Shown here piece after piece: positions 15,802-25,419 of a stretch of 38,934 nt of DNA; within the stretch, counting starts at the first letter, position 1; each line of letters starts with the position of its first letter. The position numbers and the translations under genes are program-made. The notes under the pieces are model-generated. The model did no database searches. It was not told where the DNA came from and saw nothing but the letters and a program-made list of their open reading frames with translations. The stretch spans positions 496,001 to 534,934 of the forward strand of contig CT868208.1 in NCBI GenBank assembly GCA_000165425.1, read 5' to 3'. This DNA is from Paramecium tetraurelia. Taxonomy: Eukaryota.

Positions 15802-17103
15802 ATGAGTCACTTTGATGACATTGACTTCGGCTAGAATTCAAACTCCAGTAACGTGCATTTTGAATAAGAGGCAGACTCTGGAAAGAAGTAAGCTTTTGAT
15901 TTAAAAAAGAAAGCCCAAATAAAACACAAAGAATACTTATATAAAGAAGATATCATCGCTTATAAAAATGACCAATCAAGAAATCTTAGATGAAAAGTAA
16001 CATTCCTTTCTCAATAGCATAATTAGTTAAGAAAAAAAATAGACTGTCCACAAAGTCTAAAGCCAATAATTTCCTGGAAATAATTTAGGAGATAAAGAGG
16101 ATAAACTAGCGAAAAACAGAGAGTCTGCTAGAAATAGCAGGAGAAGAAAGAAGATTTATCTAGAATTATTGGAAAACAAAGTTACAAAATTATCAGAACA
16201 ATTAGATGTTTTTAAGAATGTTAATGAGAGAACTCAACAATTAGCAATTAATCTATAAAATAAAATAACACAAGTATTCATCATCCTAATTATTAAGAAA
16301 AGAGAGCAAGATTCAACTAAGATGATTTTATTTTCCAATCTCTAAAATTCCATCAATGGAAATGCTGGAGAAATGAATATCGATGCAATCATAGATTCCT
16401 TGAATGTATATTACAATCTATACATCCATAGAAAAAATTTGGTTCTGGATCGCAGGAAAGACATTAGTTAATCGATCATTATGCAAGACAAATTTATGAA
16501 AATTGTTTGGCTCCATATATAAATTATATCATTGGAGTAGCTAAAACTGATTAAGACATATTCTCTAATTAAGAGTAAATGAACCATTTATCCTTAGGCA
16601 AACTGATAATACAATCTTAAGAAATCTTAAACTTACCGATAAGCAAAAACAAATACTATAAAAAAAATAATAAAAATTAATAAGACATCAAAATGAATTA
16701 GCTAAGTATTTTGATTTAATTTATAATAAGTACATTATCCTCAATTTAGGAAGTAAAAAATTAAATTTAAGCCGAACTAAGTTCATTTGATTAAACTTTA
16801 GAATAGTTAAGAAGAGAGTTGAAACCAAGTCAGGTGGCTAGATTCTTATTATCTATTGAAAAAAAGGATATGCAACATCACTTTAAAGAATAGTTTGAAA
16901 AATGCTTTGGATCAGAAATTGATGAAGATGACTCTTTGGAATTATATTAATTTATGACTGAGCACAATCAATGTAATTCACTTGGAATAGATATCCAATA
17001 AACTTACGAGATATATAGAGCATCCAATGATTTTTTAAATGGAAAAGCTGAATCGGAAGATTAATAGCAACAATAATTGTAACAATAAACTAAAGTTGAA
17101 TGA
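15802..17103 (+). CDS. bZIP transcription factor
   Basis: Basic region plus zipper KLAKNRESARNSRRRKKIYLELLENKVTKLSEQL (~16103-16204). Multiple small introns and a Gln-rich tail. TGA at 17101-17103. Confidence 0.9.
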
Positions 17104-17376
17104 ATTGATATAGATATGACCTATATAATTGATTATTATATATATTTACATATATAATCATCATTAACAATAGTTAAATATATTTGCTATTTCTTAAACA
17201 AAATGTTTATGCATTTTTATTAACTTAATAAATGTATTCATATATTAAAATATAGGATTTGTATGAATTCAATAAATAGTTTAGTTTACATCATTCGAAA
17301 GTTTCATAAGTAATGGATTAAGATGCTTAATAATATAGAATGAACCCATATGATATAATGTTATGATAAATTAATT

Positions 17377-19616
17377 TCATGTCATCTTTCTTATCTTTAT
17401 GGCATTCGAGAAAATATTTTTAGATAGATCCTTTTTATATGTTGCAGATGAGATTCTAAGCTTGGAACTAAATGATTTTACTAGGGTTGGAGTCTAAAAA
17501 ACTTCACTAGCCTTTTTTCTCATAGACATCTATTTGGTATATTCTTCATTGACGTATGGCACTTGCTCGGGGTCAAGTTTACCAGATACTATATCAGAAA
17601 TAACTCTAATTTATTCCTCTTATTCAACGATTTGCTAATCGAAATCTTTAAATTTCTAAAATGTTATTTTATAAATACTGGTTTTTCCACAGGTTTATAA
17701 TTGATGGAGGTAACAAAATTGAATTTAAGTTATTTTTTGCCATCCTTAATTTCATAAGCATCATCTTTTGAAACTTTTTCTATAATATCTACTATCTCTC
17801 CTTCCTCATTTACATACTAATTATATTTACAAGTAATGTAACCTTTAGCAATCATCTAAAGTACCTATAATCGTTTTTGCATTTTCTTTAATTATTTGAG
17901 AAAGTATTCTTTTCTTAATTGATTATCTGTTTTGCTTCTGGGTTCAAGTTCAAAAAAATTCCCAATATTTTCTTATTATTTTTTCATGAGAAGTTCATAT
18001 TCACTGTTTAATTACTTGGAGTAATTTGAAGATGCTTCCATAAAGTTGAGATTTTGATATTTAACATGAGAAGCATAACTTTTGATTGCATTGTAGAATT
18101 ATTCTTTGAGTTCTTGATTTCTTCTACTCGAATTACCTCCCCAGTTGATAACTTCATCATTTACAACATTTTGGGTTTTGACAAAATTATCCAATTGAAC
18201 TTCTGGTTATTCATTGGTTGTTAGTTCAAAATTAAAATGGGAAGATATTTTAGTGCTTTTAACATTTGGATTTATTATTTTCTACAAGACTCTTCTTTTG
18301 GGTTATTACTCACTATTTTTAGGATAATTATCTGCTAACTTTGTTTATGCATTTGTATGTGTTTTCTCAAAGGATAAATTTTTATTTGAATGTTACGCTT
18401 TGCATGTTTGATGTTAAAAGAATTGATTAAATTATTAGGTATTTTGGATAATTAAAGAATTAGGCAGAATTTTAGATTTTTATTACTTAATCCCTTTATT
18501 TGATTTTAATTGATTGCTAATGTTTTTGGGATTAAATTCAGTCTCCTATAATTGAAAATTCAATTTGCAAGTACTAATCTCTTCTAAATAGGCTAAGTGA
18601 GCTTTTAGTTCTTCTGTATTAATTGGTTATTTAGACAATTCAACAAATCTCTTCAATCTGAAAATCCATTTCTCTCCAATAAGGAGAAATAATATGTTCC
18701 TTGACTCTCTTTGCCAAACTTTCTTCTCGAATTCTACATTTGAAATTCTAAATAACATTGCTGAATCACAAAGACACTTAATATTAAAATACCTTTTATC
18801 ATAATTCAAAAAGCTCTCTTCTCCAAAGACTTCTCCCTCAGCTAATCTAGTCAATTAATGTTCAGTTTAGTTCTCATCTCTTTTTGTGAGTGAAAATTCT
18901 CCCTTAAAAACAAAGTATGCCCAATCGCATTCCTAATCGCCTTCTTAATAGATTGTTTCATTTTTCTAAGGTTTGATAACTTCTAATTTGTATGCGAAAT
19001 ATTTAATTTCATTATCGGAGAATTGTTAAATGTAGGTGAGCTGTTTCAGAAATGCTATTTTTTCATTATTTTCACTCGATTTGATATTTGAGTTTAACTC
19101 GATGATAAATTTAAAATCTAGACAGGCTACATCTGTTTGTCTTAGTGTAACTGCAGTAGATTTCTAAACATCCTGTAAGCCAAATTCATTGAATGATTAT
19201 CCAAATGTCATTTCAGAGACTTGAGAATATTGTTGAATATCCGAAATATCTGTGAAAGTCTTTGGTTTGGTGGAGTCAAGTTCTTAGGTTACTAATACTC
19301 TACCACTTAGGATGATGTAGGTGGTTCTGTTAACTGATATATTCTAATTAGGCCCAAATGTTTTTAAATAAAGGTGTTTGCATAGTTGTTTCATAAAATC
19401 TGCATTGTATTTGGCTTTTATTTTCTCAAAATATTGAAAACAAGACATATATTCTATTATCTGTGAGAAATCTTATTCGGTTCTAGATAAATAATCTTTT
19501 TATAAAACTTATTTTATTTTTGAGATATCTTGAGGTTGATTGCCAATCTTTGATAAAATATTAGAGGCTGAGATAATATGAACAGCATGTTAAAGTAATT
19601 GAGATTTGCTTTTCAT
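17377..19616 (-). CDS. Tandem cyclic-nucleotide-binding (cNMP) domain protein with long low-complexity C-terminus
   Basis: N-terminal RTEQDFSQIIEYMSCFQYF. Domain A: YIILSGRV..GQSFNEFGL. Domain B: IYQEGD..AYFVFKGEF..LAEGEVFGEESFLNYDKRYFNIKC. One 23-nt intron at ~17656-17678. TGA at 17377-17379. Confidence 0.85.
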
Positions 19617-20223
19617 TTAGATAATTATTTATTTTAATGACGATATTATATATTAGAACCAGGAATCGCACCGTCAGGATGTTTATAAAAATTAGAACTA
19701 TATTCAGGAATATGATAAGCCTTATCTCCTAAAAAATGCGTTCTAATTCCATTTCGATTGTCGTTAACTCGCACTTTTCTTTGCATTTCATCTTCCAATA
19801 TGTAACCTTAATAGGTTTCCTTATTGGCATGCTACAATACTATTGGAAATAAATGACCTCGAAGGTTTTGATGCCATAATCTACATCTTCTAGATGGCCA
19901 TCCTTTTCCTAGCGCAAATGTTTCTTTTCAAAGTAAATTTATCTGTCCATGGGTTCAAATTGCTTTCGAAAATTGGGTTCTGAATAAAACTTCTCCAATC
20001 TCGATGACTCTTAATTATTGAGTGACTGTTTCACAGTAGGAGTATTCAAGATCTGGAATTAATTTTATATTAAAGATTTCTAGACTTTCGGTTACACTTA
20101 GCCAAAGAATGTATCACTTTCCCTAGGAGTGATAATTTCTAAGGCTTGTTATTCGAACTTCTTTCTTCCTTTGTCCCTCCATTTTTAAGGTTTCAATCCG
20201 TCCCAATCCATATAGGAATACAT
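19613..20223 (-). CDS. SPATS1/SASRP1-like protein (probable ciliary/centrosomal)
   Basis: RNGIRTHFLGDKAYHIPEYSSNFYKHPDGAIPGSN matches my recollection of the SPATS1 RNGI..GD.Y..PE.S..F.K motif. One 26-nt intron. TGA at 19613-19615 overlaps the next gene's ATG. Confidence 0.7.
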
Positions 20224-20239
20224 TATATTAATATTAATT
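20224..20239. promoter_or_regulatory. 16-bp intergenic spacer between divergent ATGs (putative bidirectional promoter core)
   Basis: CAT(20221-23)-TATATTAATATTAATT-ATG(20240-42). Contains the perfect palindrome ATTAATATTAAT at 20227-20238. Confidence 0.55.
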
Positions 20240-21021
20240 ATGTAAATTGAATCAGACAATTAAGTTACAAATCAGAGTTACTCTTTTTTTAGGTAAGAGA
20301 ATACGATTTTGGATGATAAAAAGTTTATGGAAATATTGTAGAAATGGGGTCTATAACATAGCATCAAAGTGAGCACATTTTTATTTGATATCAAATTTGA
20401 TCATCTAAATCCAAATCAATTTTTGTTGGATTTATTCAATTCTAAGGACGTAAGAGGTTCATTGCATTATGTTTCATTTAAATAGAATGTGTTGCTATCA
20501 TAGATTAAATTTTAACCTTTGACATGCAAATCCATAAAATTGGACTTATTCGATAAGTTAACAGAAGATAAAATTGTTGTCAAGGGTCACATCAAGTAGT
20601 GTTTCGAGGAATAATTTGAAAATATTCAGATAGCTGATGAATTACGTAAAGCACTTGTTTTGGAAGATTCGGAACAATATTGTGTATTCAATGAAGCTGA
20701 CAGATAAGAATTATTATTCAAATTATTCCAAATTCTAGTTCTGGGGGGATAGCTTTGTTAATATGAAGATGAAATACAAGCCTATTTAGATTGGACAAAG
20801 TATTTATACAAAAACACAGTCAAGTATCATGTGAATTAATATAAAGTGCTCGAAAATATGCAGATAAGGATGAGATTTACATAGATTCTTATGCTTATGA
20901 CATTAGGAAATTAGAGAACTCTTACAGTTCAGATCATCCATAAAATGTAATGTATGTCGTTGTGAACCCATCATTAAGAATTGTTAATATCATAGAAAAC
21001 TAATGGTTAAAAGTATGGTGA
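20240..21021 (+). CDS. CFAP300: CFAP300/C11orf70 dynein-arm assembly factor (DUF4498)
   Basis: Motifs [59 protein letters not shown] and HPQNVMYVVVNP. One 23-nt intron at ~20824-20846. TGA at 21019-21021. Confidence 0.92.
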
Positions 21022-21077
21022 TTCTATTGAATTAAATTGTGATTAATCATGTTGAATATTTATAAATAAATATTATA

Positions 21078-22251
21078 ATGAATCGAAACACGACCTAGGG
21101 AAAAAGCTTTAACATAAAACCATTGGTTTTTAAAGTTAAAGGCACCAATTATGCAAGTTAAAAAACATCATTTACAAGTTTATCTCCCACTTCTAAAATC
21201 GGATCTCCAAGGTTTGCTGATAACTTAAGGAAGCCCCTCAATCCTATCTTAAGTCCCAAAATCAATAATAAACCTTATGATAATACTCACATCTTTAGAT
21301 CCACAAGATTCCACTCAGAATTCAAAAAGCCAACTCTTGAGAAATAAACTGAAAATGTTACTTTAAAGTTTTCAATCATGAAAGAACTTCATTTACAGAA
21401 ATAACATACTCACCATAGTGTTCATTGTTCCACATAAGTAGTTAAAAAAGATAATATCAATTTATTCGTTTTATGTGAGGGTCATGGCAAGTTTGGAAAG
21501 GAATGTTCCTAATATGTTAATCAAAAGATGATAGAGAAACTCACTAATAACAATTTAAACAATGTAGTTTAGAAAAAAATTGATTAAATAAATCTTTTAT
21601 TTGAAGACCTCTTTTCTGAAATCAATAAAGAAATGGTAATTAATTATATCTATACCTTAATAGCAATACTGCCAGGATCTAGACTCCTCCTAGAGTGGAT
21701 CCTAAGCTCTTTGCATTTTGATATCTGAAATGAAATTGATTTGTTCAAATTTGGGAGAAAGCAAAGTAATGTATTTCTTTTTACAAAAAAATAACTTAGT
21801 TTTCAAATAATTAAATACTGTTCACTCTATCGAAAAAATGTCTGAACAACAGAGAATACTGAATCATGGCGGAGAAATAGAACAAGAATACATTAATTAT
21901 GTAAAGTCTGGTCCCTTGAAGATATGGCTGAAACAAAATAAATCTTAAGGCATCCAATTAACCAGATGCATAGGGTACAACCACTGGCAATAAATTGGAA
22001 TTACTTGTCAACCAGACACTTCAGAATAGGTTCTTACTCAATAGGGATATATAATAATTGGGAATAGTCAATTATTCGACTTAATTGATACTATTGATAT
22101 ATCAAAGGTCTTAGAAAAACATATGGTTCCACAATCTTAATAAGAAGTCAGCAATATATGTGAATAACTATTACATTTGGCAAAGAGTAGAATTTCTAGT
22201 AATTTGCATATAGAATAAATTCTGATGATCATTTTATTCATTGGAATTTGA
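21078..22251 (+). CDS. PP2C (PPM)-fold protein lacking catalytic aspartates (probable pseudophosphatase)
   Basis: PPM motif scaffold LFVLCEGHGKFG, SGSQA, CSNLGESK, EQQRILNHGG, GPLKIW, LTRCIGY and YIIIGNSQLFD. Intron at 21636-21663. TGA at 22249-22251. Confidence 0.85.
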
Positions 22252-22445
22252 TTGTGTATATAAATATATAATAAATCATCTTACAACCTAATTGATTTTT
22301 CTTGGTTTCCCAAGCAAATGAAACTCCTAAATTGTGCTGATTAAATTCGATATTAAATTATTTTATATTTCTTAATGACTAAATTCTTTCTTAATTTTAT
22401 GATGATGATGAAGATTTGAATTCTGTAATTTGCATTATTGTTTTG

Positions 22446-22912
22446 ATGAAAAGTAATTAAAATAGCAATTTGGCTGAGACTAGCAATTTGAATGAGGACA
22501 ACTAATAAATGAAGTCTCTAGTCAATCAAATCATGCAGTAAAATAGTAAAATACACAAATAAAAATCCAATATCAAAAGAGTTAAATGGAATTAAGAAAG
22601 CTCAGAATTATTCAATAAACTATATCATATGTTTTTGGGAGACCTCAACATGATACACTCATATTTTTAATAACACACTGACTATAAATTTACCAAAAAA
22701 TAAATCAAAGTATCAATTTTGTATATTTTAAGAAACAATTCACCTAGCAGGTTCACACCCTTACTAAATCGAATAGTAAATCAATGGATGAAGAATTATA
22801 TGCTAAGATATTTGATTCCTAACAGCAAAGTCTTTCAAACAGTAATTATTGCGAAGATCCAGAATAAAGTGCAATAAGTGATATAAAGAGTTTTCAATCA
22901 AGCAGTTTTTGA
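22446..22912 (+). CDS. Small SANT/Myb-like (Bdp1-type) domain protein; start codon uncertain
   Basis: RVKWNQESSELFNKLYHMFLGDLNMIHSYF..FTKKQIKKQF resembles the Bdp1 SANT pattern W..EET..FY..L..FG.DF..I..R.QIK.KF. 23-nt intron at 22710-22732. TGA at 22910-22912. Confidence 0.6.
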
Positions 22913-22969
22913 ATTTGACAATTTATATCATTAATTTATTCTCTTTATTCAAACAAAATACAAAACATA

Positions 22970-23759
22970 TCATTCTCCATTTAAGGGTATCTTATAAATT
23001 GCCATTGCAACAACTCCCAAATCAACTCCCATATGAAATAACGAAGTTGTTAACAATCCAAATTTGTCCCTAGTAATGAAAAAGATTCTTCCTCCTATTG
23101 CTATCATTATGAATCCAATTAAGGAAATGATCATTAATCTAAGATATAAATCAATGACTTTAAAAAACATACTTGGTAAGAAAATAAATAACAAAAAAAT
23201 GATACAAGGCATAATGCAAAGCCAAATACCACTTTAGCTATTCATTATATTTTATTTCTTCATGTGTAGTATATTAATCTGGCAAATAAACCCTCCAGAA
23301 AAATTCCTCCAAAAATGGATTGGTAATAGATAATAATATCAACGCTAAAATTAAAGACAATTAGTTTCCTTTTAGTGTTTTAATTGCTTCATAATCCAAA
23401 ATATCATAGTATTGAAACACAACATACCCAAAGATTACAGTTGCCAAAAAGGAACCAATTAAAAATAATAAACCGTAACCAATTTCACTAATGTACAAAT
23501 CGGTTTTTATTAGTTTTGAAAAATGCTTCTTCTAAATTTATAAACTAATTAACGGTATTGCTAATAAGGTTATAATTTAAAATGCTAATTAACACCCCAA
23601 GGGCATTTTCAATACCCACAAGAACAACAAAACCCAAATAACAGGAGATATCATTAATAACTCTAAGAGCAAAAGTTTCACAAATGTCAACTTTGGTTTT
23701 TAGTCAGAAAGCTGTACTGTTTCATCATTTTATTCTTCATCATAAACTTTTGAATCCAT
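22970..23759 (-). CDS. CPBP family intramembrane glutamic protease (Abi/type II CAAX protease)
   Basis: Multi-TM protein with NPFLEEFFWR (EExxxR), YALYH (FxxxH) and FHMGVD (HxxxN/D). One 34-nt intron at ~23139-23172. Confidence 0.85.
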
Positions 23760-24464
23760 TTATAAAATAATTATATAAAACAAATTGATGTAATTTATTT
23801 CTGATCATCTTTCGAGATAAATAAGAATCCCTGCCATTAGAATAAGATTCCTTGTAAGAACTCTTGACAAAAAGATCAAAAATTACAATTAAAGTGTTCA
23901 TTGAGATAAAGTATTAGAAATGAAATAAAACTAATGAATTAAGATAATTATAGAATTTAATTTAAGGAAATTTAATGTTTTATCAAATTGATGAACTTCT
24001 TGTTATACTTACTAGTTTTATTATGTTATCTAATAGATAATTATTATAAAATGATAGATCACTCATTTATTGCAAATAATTAATATTAAAATAATTCTAA
24101 ACTAAATAATTGTTGAAACTATAATTTTATGTTGTAGACTTATTAAAAAAGATAATAATCTTTATGTAAATGATATTTTTTAAACTAATTCATTTGAGAC
24201 AGAAATATATAATTATTGATGAATGTATATATTAAAGTTACATGAAATGAATTAGTTAAAAAGTGAATGATATTTCTAATTATTATTTAGTATGCTATCC
24301 TAATGGGATAGTAAAGATTTGAGTTGAATTAGTATTTGATGGATATATGTCAAAATAATTTGAATTTAAATAATGATTAATGAAGTAACTTTTATTTTGT
24401 ATAATAAACGATTAATAGTTTATCTAGATAATACTTAATTGGATTGCTGATAGAATATTAATAA

Positions 24465-25313
24465 TCAAAGTTTGTAATGAACAGCTTAGTTATAATTTAA
24501 GGGAATAGGATTTCTTTGCTTTTGAAACATTCCTCCATAGTCTTTCGATAGTTCTGATTTCTTGACGTATCTTTACAGATAAGATATATCAGATAAGGGT
24601 AAAATCAAGTAGGAGTATGAACCTTAACTCAACATGCCTATAACTTCAGAAGAGATTTTTTCTAAACTTATGTTTATTAAAATGAGTTTGCTTACATTTA
24701 AAAAATAATGTTTGTATGTTAAGTTGGCAATAAAATTGAGAAAAATAGGGTTGGCTGATTCTTACTATAAGTCATAAACAATAATTATATGATTATTTAA
24801 CTTGTTATTCGTTGCCATTTCATAAAACAAATACTCCAGGAAATATAAGAAATATTATTAGACATACTCCGTGTTTATTTTATCAAGTTTTACACTCAAG
24901 ACTAATCCTTTCTTAAAGTCAATGCCGATTATTTAAATTGCTTGTCTTAAAGGTTCATACTCAATTGGTCTTATACTTTATCGGAATTCTTAATTTTCTC
25001 TAATTAGCAAATTGATTTTCTCAAAATTGTAGTTTTGACTAACTAATAGATATCTACACAGGCTCAAATCCAAACAATGGTTATGCTTAGATAATTGAAT
25101 AATTTGTGCAGTGAGTGAAGCAGAAAAAGGATCAAAATTGTTATCATACATTTTAGAATAGTATTGAACTACTTTGATTGAGATTGGATGGAGAAAAGAA
25201 TTTCTTGTTTTTTCTGAAGCATGCTATCTCTAAAATTAAGAGGGTCTGTCTTTGTTGTCTTAAATTTTGATTGAATTTTCTCTTGACAAACAGGTGTTTT
25301 CAAGGTTTCCCAT
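24465..25313 (-). CDS. Sec14/CRAL-TRIO lipid-binding domain protein (282 aa, intronless)
   Basis: Motifs LCRYLLVSQNYNFEK, IIIVYDL, KHYFLNVSKLILIN and YVKKSELSKDYGG. 849-nt open frame. The N-terminal MGN is a possible myristoylation site. Confidence 0.8.
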
Positions 25314-25419
25314 TAATATATATATTAATTAAACTAAAGTATAAAGTTTAGAATATTTTGCTTGGTCTTTTTATTTCGGTGTTATTTGTTGGGCATTTAT
25401 TATAATTTTTTTATTCAAT

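Noticed and set aside
23760..24464. Longest intergenic stretch (~700 bp, very AT-rich)
   Set aside because: I found no convincing ORF, repeat or RNA structure, so it is treated as ordinary intergenic/regulatory DNA.
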